64,000 nucleotides of DNA from Myxococcales bacterium (GCA_012513515.1 JAAZCA010000014.1:1268-65267), one strand, 5' to 3'; shown: positions 1 to 10,117, numbered from the stretch's first letter. Notes: generated by a model not told the origin, from the letters alone. Translations and numbers: made by a program.

Positions 1-1
1 C

Positions 2-1237
2 GGATCGGATTTTGTCGAGATGTTCGTCGGCGTCGGCGCCTCAAGGGTGCGCGATCTCTTCGAACAGGGAAAGAAGAATGCTCCATGCATCATCTTCATA
101 GATGAGATCGATGCGGTGGGCAGGCATCGCGGCGCCGGCTTGGGCGGCGGGCACGATGAGAGGGAACAGACCCTCAACCAACTCCTCGTTGAGATGGACG
201 GATTCGAGTCTAACGAGGGAGTCATAATAATGGCCGCCACTAACAGGCCCGATGTTCTCGATCCGGCTCTGCTTCGCCCCGGCAGATTCGATAGGAGGGT
301 GATAGTTCCGCCGCCGGATGTCGGGGGGCGCGAAGCGATACTCAAGGTGCACGCAGCAAACAAGCCTCTGGCCGCGGACGTCAAACTTGAGATCATCGCG
401 AAAGGAACGCCGGGTTTCTCAGGGGCGGATCTTGAAAATCTTGTCAATGAGGCGGCCCTTCTTGCCGCGCGAGCCTGTAAAAAGAAGATCGACATGTCTG
501 ATTTTGAAATAGCCAAGGACAAGGTCCTCATGGGCACGGAGAGAAAGAGCATGATCATCTCCGAGGAAGAAAAGAAGAACACGGCATATCACGAGGCAGG
601 ACATACCCTCGTCGCAAAATATCTCCCCGGCGCCGATCCGATACATAAAGTTACGATCATTCCGAGAGGGGCGGCCCTGGGCCTTACTCAACAGCTGCCT
701 ACCGACGACAGGTACACCCAGAACAAGAGGTTCTGCGAAAACAGCCTCGTACTTCTTATGGGCGGAAGGGCTGCCGAGGAACTCGTATTCAATCAGCCTA
801 CGACAGGGGCCGGAAACGATATCGAACGAGCCACCCACCTCGCCAGGAAGATGGTCTGCGAGTGGGGAATGAGCGAAAAACTGGGACCGCTTGCCTTCGG
901 CAAAAAGGAGGAGGCGATATTCCTGGGCAGAGAGCTTTCCCGTCACTCCGATTACAGCGAGGAGACCGCGAGAGAAATAGACGGTGAGATTCGCCGCCTG
1001 GTGACTTCCAACTACGAAAAGGCGAAGAGCATAATATCGGAACACAGGGATCAGCTCGAAAGCCTGGCTCAGGCCCTTCTGAAACACGAATCCTTAAACG
1101 GCGAGCAGATCGACCAGGTCATGCGCGGTGAGGAGGTCGTCATCCAGCAACAAGAGATTCGCAGGGACATCCTCAAGGAACAGCAAGAAGAGGGAAAAGC
1201 GGTAAAGCAGAACCCCGCAGCCGACACATCTTTTTAA
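2..1237 (+). CDS. ftsH: ATP-dependent zinc metalloprotease FtsH, C-terminal part (5' end lies outside the window)
   Basis: ORF 20..1237 is open to the window edge. It shows an AAA second region of homology, an M41 protease domain with an HEAGH zinc motif, and the conserved ftsH-folP-glmM gene order. Confidence 0.93.
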   Translation, partial: GSDFVEMFVGVGASRVRDLFEQGKKNAPCIIFIDEIDAVGRHRGAGLGGGHDEREQTLNQLLVEMDGFESNEGVIIMAATNRPDVLDPALLRPGRFDRRVIVPPPDVGGREAILKVHAANKPLAADVKLEIIAKGTPGFSGADLENLVNEAALLAARACKKKIDMSDFEIAKDKVLMGTERKSMIISEEEKKNTAYHEAGHTLVAKYLPGADPIHKVTIIPRGAALGLTQQLPTDDRYTQNKRFCENSLVLLMGGRAAEELVFNQPTTGAGNDIERATHLARKMVCEWGMSEKLGPLAFGKKEEAIFLGRELSRHSDYSEETAREIDGEIRRLVTSNYEKAKSIISEHRDQLESLAQALLKHESLNGEQIDQVMRGEEVVIQQQEIRRDILKEQQEEGKAVKQNPAADTSF

Positions 1238-2059
1238 ATGAAGATACGAAATCTGGAAATAGGCGCCGGTCCCATGCCAGCGATAATGGGGATCTTAAAC
1301 GTAACCCCGGATTCCTTTTCGGATGGCGGTCTTCATTTTTTGCCTTCCGATGCGATCTCTCACGCCTTGAAGCTCATCGATGAAGGAGCGGATATAATCG
1401 ATATAGGGGGCGAGTCGACCCGCCCCGGTTCATCCCCAGTTTCAGAGGATGAAGAGATCGACAGGGTAATTCCTATAATAGAAGGGCTAAGGAGTAGGTC
1501 CGAGATCCCCATATCAATAGATACGTCGAAATCCGCAGTTGCAAAGGCCGCCATCGAGGCAGGGGCCGACTTGATCAACGATATAAGCGCCGGTCGCTTC
1601 GACCCTGAAATATTTGAACTCGCGGCCCTGCATAAAAAACCGATTTGCCTCATGCATATGAAGGGTTTGCCCAAAAATATGCAGGATAACCCCCATTATG
1701 ACGATCTTATCTTCGAAATTAGCGGTTTTTTGTCTGAAGCGGCCTCTTTTGCAATATCAAAGGGGGTCCCATCGGAGCTCATCATTCTCGATCCCGGGAT
1801 AGGTTTTGGCAAGAGCGCCGACGATAACTTATCTATACTTCGCAATATCGGCTCCTTTAAATCTCTAGGTTTTCCTTTACTCATAGGTACATCAAATAAA
1901 TCCTTTATTGGAAAGAAGTTAGGCTTGGATGTTAAAGATAGACTTGAAGCAAGCTTAGCGACGATTCCTGCTTGTATGAATGGCGGGGCCTCAATCTTGA
2001 GGATGCATGATGTAAAAGCAACAAAGCGCTTTTTGGATATGTACCTCCTACTGCAGTAA
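1238..2059 (+). CDS. folP: dihydropteroate synthase
   Basis: The ATG directly follows the ftsH stop. It carries the pterin-binding motifs GILNVTPDSFSDGG and ...IDIGGESTRPG. Confidence 0.92.
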   Translation: MKIRNLEIGAGPMPAIMGILNVTPDSFSDGGLHFLPSDAISHALKLIDEGADIIDIGGESTRPGSSPVSEDEEIDRVIPIIEGLRSRSEIPISIDTSKSAVAKAAIEAGADLINDISAGRFDPEIFELAALHKKPICLMHMKGLPKNMQDNPHYDDLIFEISGFLSEAASFAISKGVPSELIILDPGIGFGKSADDNLSILRNIGSFKSLGFPLLIGTSNKSFIGKKLGLDVKDRLEASLATIPACMNGGASILRMHDVKATKRFLDMYLLLQ

Positions 2060-2157
2060 CCCATATCGCACAAAACTTCTATTTGCTTGATATTTATGTA
2101 AATTTTTTGTACAAGCTCTCGCCTCTAAATTTATACGATTCTCAGGAACAGGGCGAT

Positions 2158-3522
2158 ATGGCAGAACTATCAAATAGAATCTTCGGCACGGATGGAATCA
2201 GGGGAAAGGCCAATTTTTATCCGATAGACTCCGAAACGGCGCTCGCCTTGGGGCGGGCCGTGGCATATCTCTTTAAAAACGGTACAAATCGTCATCGAAT
2301 AGTCATCGGCAAGGATACCCGCTTATCGGGCTACATGATCGAGACTGCGCTTGCCTCCGGGATATGTTCGATGGGGGCGGATGTCATGCTAGTCGGACCT
2401 CTGCCGACCCCGGGGGTGGCATTCATATCCAGGAGCATGAGGGCGGATGCGGGAATAGTGATATCCGCTTCGCATAATCCATTCGACGATAACGGAATTA
2501 AGTTCTTCGACAGGGATGGGTTTAAGCTCAGCGATTCCATGGAGCTCGATATCGAGGAGTTGGTGAAAAGCGGGATTCCCCGCGAAAAATGGCCCAGCGG
2601 AAACCTGATAGGAAAGGCGCAGCGAATAGATGACGCTGGTGGCAGGTATATACAGTTCCTAAAGGACGTACTTTCTTACTCCATCTCATTGGATGGTTTT
2701 CGCATCGTGGTGGACTGCGGCAATGGCGCAGGCTATCGCGTCGCTCCCAGCGTATTTCAGGAGCTGGGAGCCGAAGTCATAGAGCTCGGGACTTCACCAG
2801 ATGGCACCAACATCAATTGCGCTTGCGGTTCCATGCATCCGGAACGGATGTGCAACCTCGTTCGAAAGATGGGAGCCGATGCCGGAATCGCTCTGGATGG
2901 AGATGCTGACAGGGTTATCATGTGCGACGAGCATGGGAACATCGTCGATGGCGATGTCATCATGGCTCTTGCTGCAATAGACCTGAAGAAGCAGGGCAAA
3001 CTGGCGAAAAACACCTTGGTCGCCACCATAATGAGCAATATGGCTCTGGATGGTGCGATGCGCGCTGAGGGTATAAATCTAATCAGGACGCGCGTCGGCG
3101 ACAGACATGTAATATCCACGATGCGCGACAATGGCCTGAACCTGGGCGGCGAACAATCGGGGCATCTCATCTTTCTTGATCACAATACAACCGGAGACGG
3201 AATCGTCGGAGGCCTGAAGGTTCTTGCATCGATGGTTCGCTCCGGCAAGCCGCTTTCCGAGCTGGCGAGTGTTTTTGAGCCATACCCGCAGGTCAAAGTG
3301 GATGTGAACGTTTTGAAGAAGGTCGATCTTTCAGCTATTCCTCAGCTGCAAAAGGCCCTCGATAGTTACAGGGTGGAGCTCGGGAATTCCGGACGGCTGC
3401 TGCTGCGTTTTTCAGGAACTGAGAATATCGCCAGGGTTCTTGTGGAAGGACCCAATCGCGAGCGCATAAGGTGCATGGCAAGCGAGCTTGCGGGGCTGCT
3501 GACTGATCATCTCGCTAACTGA
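2158..3522 (+). CDS. glmM: phosphoglucosamine mutase
   Basis: Carries the GTDGIRG motif, the active-site SASHNPFDDNGIKF motif and the GEQSGH motif. The start was moved to the internal ATG at 2158 (MAELSN...) from the ORF-track start at 2083. Confidence 0.9.
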   Translation: MAELSNRIFGTDGIRGKANFYPIDSETALALGRAVAYLFKNGTNRHRIVIGKDTRLSGYMIETALASGICSMGADVMLVGPLPTPGVAFISRSMRADAGIVISASHNPFDDNGIKFFDRDGFKLSDSMELDIEELVKSGIPREKWPSGNLIGKAQRIDDAGGRYIQFLKDVLSYSISLDGFRIVVDCGNGAGYRVAPSVFQELGAEVIELGTSPDGTNINCACGSMHPERMCNLVRKMGADAGIALDGDADRVIMCDEHGNIVDGDVIMALAAIDLKKQGKLAKNTLVATIMSNMALDGAMRAEGINLIRTRVGDRHVISTMRDNGLNLGGEQSGHLIFLDHNTTGDGIVGGLKVLASMVRSGKPLSELASVFEPYPQVKVDVNVLKKVDLSAIPQLQKALDSYRVELGNSGRLLLRFSGTENIARVLVEGPNRERIRCMASELAGLLTDHLAN

Positions 3523-3538
3523 TTCAACGGAGGAGCGC

Positions 3539-4270
3539 TTGATAAAATTAGGAGTAAATGTCGATCACGTTGCCACCTTAAGACAGGCTAGAGGGACCTC
3601 TTACCCCGACCCGATAGAAGCCGCACTCCTGGCAATAGAAGGGGGCGCCGACCAGATAACGATTCATCTGAGGGAAGACCGCAGGCATATTCAGGATCAT
3701 GACCTGGTTCGAATGAAGTCATCCATAGATGTTCCCTTGAATCTGGAAATGGCCGCTGCAGATGACATCATCGCCGCCGCCGTCAAGATCAGACCCGATA
3801 CCGTCACTCTGGTTCCGGAAAAGAGAAACGAGCTGACGACCGAAGGAGGTCTGGATGTGGTCTCTGCACCTTCCAAACTTAGCGAATGCGTATCAAAACT
3901 CAGAGATTCGGGGATTTTGGTCAGCATGTTCATAGATCCGGAGGCCTCTCAGGTCGATGCCTCGATCTCCATCGGAATAACCGCCGTCGAATTTCACACC
4001 GGTTCATTCTGTGATGCGGTGAATGAAATTCGCGCCTCTGCGGAATTGGAGCGCCTCCTCTTGGCATCCAGATACGCGGCATCGAAGGGGCTCAAGGTGT
4101 GTGCCGGTCATGGTCTCAATACAAAAAACACACCGACGGTGGTCAGGGCGATTCCCGAGATAGTTGAATACAATATTGGGCATTCGATTATAGCCAGATC
4201 CGTCTTTGTCGGGATGCGTGAGGCGGTAAGGGAGATGAAGGAAATTCTTTTTGCAGGCGGGAGGAAATAA
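3539..4270 (+). CDS. pdxJ: pyridoxine 5'-phosphate synthase
   Basis: The MIKLGVNVDHVATLRQARG N-terminus is typical of PdxJ. It uses a TTG start with an AGGAG Shine-Dalgarno upstream. Confidence 0.9.
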   Translation: MIKLGVNVDHVATLRQARGTSYPDPIEAALLAIEGGADQITIHLREDRRHIQDHDLVRMKSSIDVPLNLEMAAADDIIAAAVKIRPDTVTLVPEKRNELTTEGGLDVVSAPSKLSECVSKLRDSGILVSMFIDPEASQVDASISIGITAVEFHTGSFCDAVNEIRASAELERLLLASRYAASKGLKVCAGHGLNTKNTPTVVRAIPEIVEYNIGHSIIARSVFVGMREAVREMKEILFAGGRK

Positions 4271-4346
4271 TTCTCGGGGGAATTGCCCGAAAGAGACCGC
4301 CGATTTTTGCCGGTTGTTCATCGAGGGTATAAAAACTGGGGGGAGA

Positions 4347-4721
4347 ATGATTATCGGAATCGGAATTGATCTGGTTGACGTAAGAAGGTTCGAATCTATC
4401 ATCTTCAGGTGGCGCGACAGGTTTCTAAAGAGGGTTTTTACCGACAAGGAAATCAAATACTGCAATACGAAGAAGCATCCTGCCCAGCGTTTTGCAGCCA
4501 GGTTCGCTGCGAAGCAGGCCTTCATCAAGGCCTTTTTCCCAAAGGGGCACAAGGGAATACGGATGCAGGATATCGAGATAGACCAGAAGGATTCGCGGCC
4601 GGTTATAAATCTTTACGGCATTGCAAAGGAGGCGGCCGATAAGGTCAAGGTCAGCGGCACTCACCTCATGCTTTCCCACGATGGCGATTATTGCATAGCC
4701 AATGTAGTTCTGGAATGGTGA
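4347..4721 (+). CDS. acpS: holo-[acyl-carrier-protein] synthase
   Basis: The MIIGIGIDLVDVRRFE N-terminus is an AcpS signature. The start is the internal ATG at 4347 preceded by GGGAGA, giving a length of about 125 aa. Confidence 0.88.
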   Translation: MIIGIGIDLVDVRRFESIIFRWRDRFLKRVFTDKEIKYCNTKKHPAQRFAARFAAKQAFIKAFFPKGHKGIRMQDIEIDQKDSRPVINLYGIAKEAADKVKVSGTHLMLSHDGDYCIANVVLEW

Positions 4722-4744
4722 TCGATTCTCATCGAGATTTTAAA

Positions 4745-6319
4745 ATGAAACTACTCTCCTCCTCACAGATGCGCTCGCTGGACGAAAGCGCTATAACCCA
4801 GCATCGGATTCCATCCATGGAACTCATGGAAAACGCTGGAAGGGCGCTCGCCGATGTAGCCGCAACCTCTCGTCCTTCCCGGGCAGCAGTCGTATGCGGC
4901 AGAGGGAATAACGGCGGTGATGGGCTCGTGGCTGCGAGGTATCTGATCGGCATGGGGATCGATGTAGCCGTCCTGATTCTGGCCTCGCCTCAGGAGCTCT
5001 CCCCCGACGCTAGGGCGAACTGGGAGAGGCTGGTGAGGATATCCACGAGGGTCTTCCCCTGTACGGATGCTTCGTATTTGAGCAGTCATGCCTCGATCTT
5101 GGCGGAGGCCGATCTCATCGTGGACGCTATTTTCGGAACAGGTCTCAGGGACGAAGTGAAGGGGATATCCCTTCATGCCATAGAGATGATCAACGCGATG
5201 AAGGGGCGAAAGTCGCGCGTGGTATCTGCCGATATCCCGTCGGGGCTTTCATCCGATACCGGCATGCCTCTGGGAGGATCCGTCGTTGCTGATGATACGG
5301 TTACATTTGCTCTGCCAAAACTCGGCCTTTGTCTCGGGAGGGGGTTGGAGTATTGCGGAAATATTCATGTCGTCGATATAGGTATTCCGCCGGAGGAGGC
5401 GGAGAAGATCCCTTCTAAATATTCTCTAATAGTCGGGGATGATGTGCGTCGTTCGTTTTTACCGAGAAGAATGAATTCCCATAAGGGGACCTTCGGACAT
5501 GTGGCGATATTCGCCGGATCGCGAGCCAAGATCGGAGCGGGGTATCTCTCCTCGAGGGCGGCGCTGAGAAGCGGTTCCGGCCTCGTCACCTATGCGATGC
5601 CGGAAAGCGCCTTCGCATTTTTCGATTCGAATTATTCTGAGGTGATGTGCGAACCTCTTCCCGATAACGGTAAGGCATTTTTTTGTCATGAATCGCTGGA
5701 TAAAGCGTTGCATCTTGCGCAGGACAAGAGCGCCGTCGCGATAGGTCCGGCGATCGGGACGGAGGAGGCGACGCGCGCTTTTCTCAACGCCTTTGTGAGG
5801 GATCTCAAAACCAGCTTGGTCATCGATGCCGACGGGCTGAACCTGCTCGATCTCTCTTCCCTCAGGATGAGGGGGGCGGCGACCGTTTTGACGCCGCATC
5901 CGGGGGAGATGGCCAGGCTCACCAAAAGCGATACCGGATTGGTCAATGCGAACAGGACGCAGGCGGCGATCTCTCTTGCGGCTTCCTGTGGGGCAATTGT
6001 GGTCCTCAAGGGGATGGGAACGGTAGTCGCTGCTCCCGATGGACGCTGTGCGATAAATCGAACCGGGAACTCAGGGATGGCATCGGCCGGAATGGGGGAC
6101 GCACTCACAGGGATCATCCTCTCCCTTCTCGGTCAGGGGCTGGACCCATTCGATGCGGCCTGCGCCGGAGTTTTCGTTCATGGAATGGCCGGCGACTTTG
6201 CCGCTTCGGAAATAGGAGAGCGCGCGCTGATAACTTCCGATTTGATAAAAAATCTTCCGCGTGTTTTTTCGAGCATCGAAACTCATAGTCATTCCCGCGG
6301 AATAGAACTGGATCCCTGA
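4745..6319 (+). CDS. nnr: bifunctional NAD(P)H-hydrate repair enzyme Nnr (epimerase/ADP-dependent dehydratase)
   Basis: It has an N-terminal YjeF_N domain (GRGNNGGDG) and a C-terminal carbohydrate-kinase-like domain (GPAIG, GMGD). The last ~12 codons and the stop codon are read through a repeat element. Confidence 0.88.
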   Translation: MKLLSSSQMRSLDESAITQHRIPSMELMENAGRALADVAATSRPSRAAVVCGRGNNGGDGLVAARYLIGMGIDVAVLILASPQELSPDARANWERLVRISTRVFPCTDASYLSSHASILAEADLIVDAIFGTGLRDEVKGISLHAIEMINAMKGRKSRVVSADIPSGLSSDTGMPLGGSVVADDTVTFALPKLGLCLGRGLEYCGNIHVVDIGIPPEEAEKIPSKYSLIVGDDVRRSFLPRRMNSHKGTFGHVAIFAGSRAKIGAGYLSSRAALRSGSGLVTYAMPESAFAFFDSNYSEVMCEPLPDNGKAFFCHESLDKALHLAQDKSAVAIGPAIGTEEATRAFLNAFVRDLKTSLVIDADGLNLLDLSSLRMRGAATVLTPHPGEMARLTKSDTGLVNANRTQAAISLAASCGAIVVLKGMGTVVAAPDGRCAINRTGNSGMASAGMGDALTGIILSLLGQGLDPFDAACAGVFVHGMAGDFAASEIGERALITSDLIKNLPRVFSSIETHSHSRGIELDP

Positions 6320-6411
6320 TAGAACCATTCGGGGATGACAATCATAGTGTCATTTCCGCGGTCTTAAGCCGCCGCTAACGCGGGGCAAACGGGAATCCCG
6401 TGGAATAGAAA
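6288..6411. repeat. composite intergenic repeat (modules GTCATTCCCGCGG / GGATCCC / CGGGGATGAC / AAGCCGCCGCTAACGCGGGG)
   Basis: It shares modules with at least 13 other loci in the window. It overlaps the 3' end of nnr. Confidence 0.8.
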
Positions 6412-6417
6412 TACAAG

Positions 6418-6864
6418 ATGATAAAACGAAAAACAAAATCTCCGGTAGAAACACAGGAATTTGCCGCCGAATTTTCGGCGCGTCTAAGGCCGGGGGACCT
6501 TGTCGCGCTCATCGGGGATCTTGGCGCAGGCAAGACCCATTTTGTCCAAGGGCTTGCAGCGGGTTTTTCCGTTCCGGAAAAAATCTACGTTCGCTCTCCT
6601 TCCTTTGCGTTGATAAACGAATATCTTGGCGGTCGCCTCCCTCTATACCATTTTGATTTTTACAGGCTTTCGGATCCCTCCGAAACAGAGGGGCTTGGAA
6701 TGGAGGAATACTTTTACGGTGAAGGGGTAACGGCTGTCGAATGGGCCGATCATTTTCCTGAACTCATCCCCGCGTCCGCGTATTGGGTGGAATTTAAAAT
6801 CCTCGGCGATAGGGAGAGGGAGATAACGATTACGGGAAAAGATGACGTCATTCCCTCGGAATAG
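6418..6864 (+). CDS. tsaE: tRNA threonylcarbamoyladenosine biosynthesis protein TsaE
   Basis: It has the P-loop GDLGAGKT in a YjeE-like fold of about 150 aa. The stop codon TAG lies inside a repeat element. Confidence 0.85.
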   Translation: MIKRKTKSPVETQEFAAEFSARLRPGDLVALIGDLGAGKTHFVQGLAAGFSVPEKIYVRSPSFALINEYLGGRLPLYHFDFYRLSDPSETEGLGMEEYFYGEGVTAVEWADHFPELIPASAYWVEFKILGDREREITITGKDDVIPSE

Positions 6865-6898
6865 AACTGGATCCCCGATTAAAGCACTCGGGGATGAC
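6847..6898. repeat. REP-like hairpin repeat (GTCATTCCCTCGGAATAGAACTGGATCCCCGAT...CACTCGGGGATGAC)
   Basis: It belongs to the same family and supplies the tsaE stop codon. Confidence 0.8.
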
Positions 6899-6921
6899 GA
6901 ACGCGTCGATAAGGAGGCACA

Positions 6922-8298
6922 ATGTACGATCTCGCTGTAATAGGGGCCGGGCCCGGCGGTTACGTCGCCGCGATTTCAGCGGCTAAACATGGCGCAAAGG
7001 TTTTGCTCATTGAGCGCGAACAAGTTGGCGGCGTATGCCTCAACAGGGGCTGCATACCGACCAAGGCTTATATAGCCTCAGCCCACGCTCTTCACGCCAT
7101 TCATAAATCCTCTGAATTCGGAATCGAACTCGCCGGAGCTGCGGCGATCAATTTCGCAAAAGCCAAGAGTCGCAAGGATGAAGTCGTCTCAACTCTTCGG
7201 GGCGGAATAGAGACCCTTCTCAAGGGAAACAAAATCGAGCTAGTCAGGGGAAGCGCAACCTTTGTGGATTCAGGGCTCAGGATCGGAGAGAGGGAGGTCG
7301 ATGCGAAAAATATCATCATCGCCACGGGATCCGATTGGATCGATCTTCCAGGGATAAAGCGCGATGGCGAAAAAATAGTAACCAGCGACGAAGTTCTCGA
7401 ATGGGACTCTCTCCCCAAAAGTTTGGCGATCATAGGTGGTGGAGTGGTCGGGTGTGAGTTCGCATGTATGCTTTCCGAAATGGGCGTCGCTGTGACCATA
7501 ATCGAAGCGACTCCCTCTATCCTGCCCCCCGTCGAGGCCGGCATATCGCGCCTGCTCGCGCGTTCGATGAAATCCCGTGGAATAGAAATCCTGACATCCA
7601 CCTTTGCCAACTCGGCATCTGTAACCGCCTCCGGCGTTTCGATATCCCTTTCAACCGGCAACTCCATAGAGGTTGAAAAAGTCATGGTGGCGGTCGGCAG
7701 GCGTCCTTTTGTCGAAGGGCTTTCGCTGGCATCGGCAGGAATCGAGACCGACGGGCGGGGCTATATCATCGTGGATGAAAATTTCATGACCAGGAGAAAG
7801 AATTGCTACGCTATCGGGGATGTCAAAGGGGGCTTCATGCTCGCGCATCAGGCCAGCGCGGAAGGGGAGGCGCTCTCGGAATATCTCTTTGGCGGCAGCG
7901 AAAGGCTTCGCGATATCGGTCCTATTCCAAAGCCGATCTTCACCTACCCGGAGGTAGCCTCCGTGGGATTGACTTCGGAAGAGTTGAAGCGCGACGGGAT
8001 AAAATTTTCAACCGGAAGATTTCCGTATGCTGCGTGTGGCAAGGCGCTTTGCGACGGCGAAACGGAAGGACAGGTCCTTGTTCATGGAGATGAAGACGAA
8101 AAAGTTCTCGGCGTTCATGCCTTCGGCGAAGGTGCGACGCTTATGATAGCGGAGGCCGCGCTTGCCATGAAGGCCGGGCTCTCCGTAAGACAGATAGCGC
8201 AGACTGTTCACTCTCATCCGACCATCTCCGAAACGCTTGCAGAGGCCGCAGCCGACGTGTATGGCAGCGCAGTGCATAAGATGGGGAGGAAATCGTAG
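6922..8298 (+). CDS. lpd: dihydrolipoyl dehydrogenase
   Basis: It has a GAGPGGY FAD site, the redox-active GGVCLNRGCIPTK motif and a C-terminal HSHPTISE interface motif. Confidence 0.88.
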   Translation: MYDLAVIGAGPGGYVAAISAAKHGAKVLLIEREQVGGVCLNRGCIPTKAYIASAHALHAIHKSSEFGIELAGAAAINFAKAKSRKDEVVSTLRGGIETLLKGNKIELVRGSATFVDSGLRIGEREVDAKNIIIATGSDWIDLPGIKRDGEKIVTSDEVLEWDSLPKSLAIIGGGVVGCEFACMLSEMGVAVTIIEATPSILPPVEAGISRLLARSMKSRGIEILTSTFANSASVTASGVSISLSTGNSIEVEKVMVAVGRRPFVEGLSLASAGIETDGRGYIIVDENFMTRRKNCYAIGDVKGGFMLAHQASAEGEALSEYLFGGSERLRDIGPIPKPIFTYPEVASVGLTSEELKRDGIKFSTGRFPYAACGKALCDGETEGQVLVHGDEDEKVLGVHAFGEGATLMIAEAALAMKAGLSVRQIAQTVHSHPTISETLAEAAADVYGSAVHKMGRKS

Positions 8299-8300
8299 AT

Positions 8301-8335
8301 GAACTGGATCCCCGATAAAAACGCTCGGGGATGAC
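8301..8335. repeat. REP-like repeat (GAACTGGATCCCCGATAAAAACGCTCGGGGATGAC)
   Basis: It belongs to the same family and lies immediately after the lpd stop. Confidence 0.75.
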
Positions 8336-8356
8336 ACACAGATTGGTCGGAGTAAA

Positions 8357-9574
8357 ATGAATATTATCGTTCAAAAATATGGCGGGACATCGGTGGCGGA
8401 TCTGGAAAAGATCCGCGCCATAGCCGGGCGAATCGCGAAACGCCGGGAGGATGGGGAGGGGATAGCGGTCGTCCTCTCCGCCATGGGGGATTCCACGGAT
8501 CAACTCGTCGGGATGGCAAATGAAATATCAAAGGCACCGGATCCTTGCGCGATGGATCTCCTGCTTGCCACCGGCGAGCAAATTTCAATAGCGCTGATGG
8601 CAATGACTCTAAAGGAGCTGGGAGTGCCATGCGAAACCTTCATGGGCTTCGAGGCAGGTTTTTCCACCAGCGGCGATCACTGCAAGGCGAGGATAAGAAG
8701 GGTGGACCCCTCCGCGGTCAAGGCATCCATCGAATCCGGCAAAGTTGCAATAGTCGCCGGTTTTCAGGGGATTTCGGAGTCGAATGAAATCACGACGATA
8801 GGAAGAGGGGGCTCGGATACCACCGCGGTAGCGCTTGCGGCGGCGCTGGGCGCGGGCCGCTGCGAAATTTACACCGATGTCGATGGCGTCTTCACCGCGG
8901 ATCCAAGCCTTTGCAAAGACGCAAAGCTTCTGGAAAAGAGCTCCTATGAAGAGATGATGGAACTCGCCGATGCCGGCGCCAAGGTTCTTCACAGCCGCTC
9001 TGTGGAGATAGCGGCGAAATACGGCGTGGTTCTGGAGGTTCGTTCCTCATCTACGGGAAGGCCCGGGACATCGCTAATCCCCGAAAGTGAAATTTCAGAG
9101 GGGAGTGTCATATCCGGGATATCTTGCAATCTAGATGAGGCGAAGGTCTCTATAAGGAAGGTTCCGGACAAAGTCGGAGTAACCGCGGCAATCTTCAAGC
9201 CGATTGCGAGGGCGGGGATAGATGTCGATCTCATCATCCAGACGGTTTCTGAGGAGGGCTTCACCGAGCTCAGCTTTACCGTCCCCAAGGAGGACCTTCG
9301 TCGCGCGATGACTCTGGCGGAGGTCGTCGCAAGGGAGGTCGATGCCGGCAAGGTAACCGCATCCGGCGATATCGCTAAAATCTCAATCGTCGGTTTGGGG
9401 ATGCGCAGCCATGCCGGGGTCGCACACAGGATGTTCGATGCGCTCGCGCGGGAGGGGATATCCATCCAGATGATTGGTACCTCCGAGATCAAGGTCTCGG
9501 TGGTCATCGATATGCGCCGCGCAGAGGATGCCGTGAAGATACTTCACCGTGAATTTGGATTGGCGGACCGTTGA
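8357..9574 (+). CDS. lysC: aspartate kinase
   Basis: It starts MNIIVQKYGGTSV, has an amino-acid kinase fold and two C-terminal ACT domains. Confidence 0.92.
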   Translation: MNIIVQKYGGTSVADLEKIRAIAGRIAKRREDGEGIAVVLSAMGDSTDQLVGMANEISKAPDPCAMDLLLATGEQISIALMAMTLKELGVPCETFMGFEAGFSTSGDHCKARIRRVDPSAVKASIESGKVAIVAGFQGISESNEITTIGRGGSDTTAVALAAALGAGRCEIYTDVDGVFTADPSLCKDAKLLEKSSYEEMMELADAGAKVLHSRSVEIAAKYGVVLEVRSSSTGRPGTSLIPESEISEGSVISGISCNLDEAKVSIRKVPDKVGVTAAIFKPIARAGIDVDLIIQTVSEEGFTELSFTVPKEDLRRAMTLAEVVAREVDAGKVTASGDIAKISIVGLGMRSHAGVAHRMFDALAREGISIQMIGTSEIKVSVVIDMRRAEDAVKILHREFGLADR

Positions 9575-9585
9575 CCTAAAAAACA

Positions 9586-9650
9586 GGTTGAGGCTGAGGT
9601 TAAGGTTAAGAAAAATCATTTTCGCTCAACCTTAACCTAAACCTTAACCT
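9586..9650. repeat. hairpin built from tandem hexamers (GGTTAA)n / (TTAACC)n downstream of lysC
   Basis: GGTTGAGGCTGAGGTTAAGGTTAAG ... CTCAACCTTAACCTAAACCTTAACC forms the hairpin and may act as a terminator. Confidence 0.7.
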
Positions 9651-9661
9651 TTCGAATTTTT

Positions 9662-9790
9662 CGGTCGATGGTCAAAAACCGTGCGATAATACGATAGTGC
9701 AATAGTGCGATAAAAGCATGTCATCCCCGAGTGATGAGAAGGTTGTCATCCCCGAGTGGTGTAGTCGGGGATCCAGCAATAAGCGTGACT
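9662..9790. repeat. composite intergenic repeat (GGTCGATGGTCAA, GTCATCCCCGAGTG x2, CGGGGATCC, GCGTGACTCG modules)
   Basis: It belongs to the same family. Confidence 0.75.
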
Positions 9791-9822
9791 CGATATAAAA
9801 ATAAAGATATATTAACTTGACT

Positions 9823-9850
9823 ATGCAGGTTGATATATATTAACCTGCAT
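9823..9850. promoter_or_regulatory. putative operator palindrome ATGCAGGTT-GATATATAT-TAACCTGCAT upstream of the HTH/Doc pair
   Basis: It has 9/10 matching arms around an AT-rich core resembling a -10 element, and it sits directly upstream of the Shine-Dalgarno and ATG of the HTH gene. Confidence 0.55.
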
Positions 9851-9862
9851 AAAGAGGTTAAT

Positions 9863-10117
9863 ATGACCATCAAAAACTTCGTGTCGACGACGGAAGCCGC
9901 TAAAATCCTCGGAATAAGCACGGTAGCTGTCTTTAAAAAAATCAAGAATGGTCAGCTTCCAGCGCAGAGGGTCGGTAGAAATTATCTGATCGACATAAAA
10001 AACCTCGGTCTTAAAGATTCCAAGCCCAATAAAAAAACAAAAAAGCTGATCAGCGAAGCGGTGAAACGCGCGGTTTCTGAATATGGAGAAGCGTTGAAAA
10101 AACTGGGGGAAGAGTAG
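9863..10117 (+). CDS. excisionase/MerR-type helix-turn-helix DNA-binding protein, putative antitoxin
   Basis: A Xis-family HTH (AAKILGISTVAVFKKIKNGQLPAQRVGRNYLI) is preceded by an AGAGG Shine-Dalgarno, with an operator-like palindrome at 9823..9850. Its stop overlaps the start of the downstream Doc gene. Confidence 0.75.
   Translation: MTIKNFVSTTEAAKILGISTVAVFKKIKNGQLPAQRVGRNYLIDIKNLGLKDSKPNKKTKKLISEAVKRAVSEYGEALKKLGEE

Noticed and set aside
2083-4347. Longer N-terminal extensions given by the ORF track for glmM (2083), acpS (4251), nnr (4691), lipA (23144), the HAD gene (43908), pyrR (30606), shc (26665) and the second four-helix-bundle gene (16928)
   Set aside because: Internal ATG codons preceded by good Shine-Dalgarno sequences give N-termini matching the conserved family starts. 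The extensions overlap upstream genes or repeat/palindrome DNA.
419-9507. Long antisense ORFs inside ftsH (419..1087 -), lpd (7101..7685 -), lysC (8989..9507 -), glmM (2757..3170 -) and similar
   Set aside because: They are typical shadow ORFs of well-supported genes on the opposite strand. They have no independent RBS and no domain signatures.
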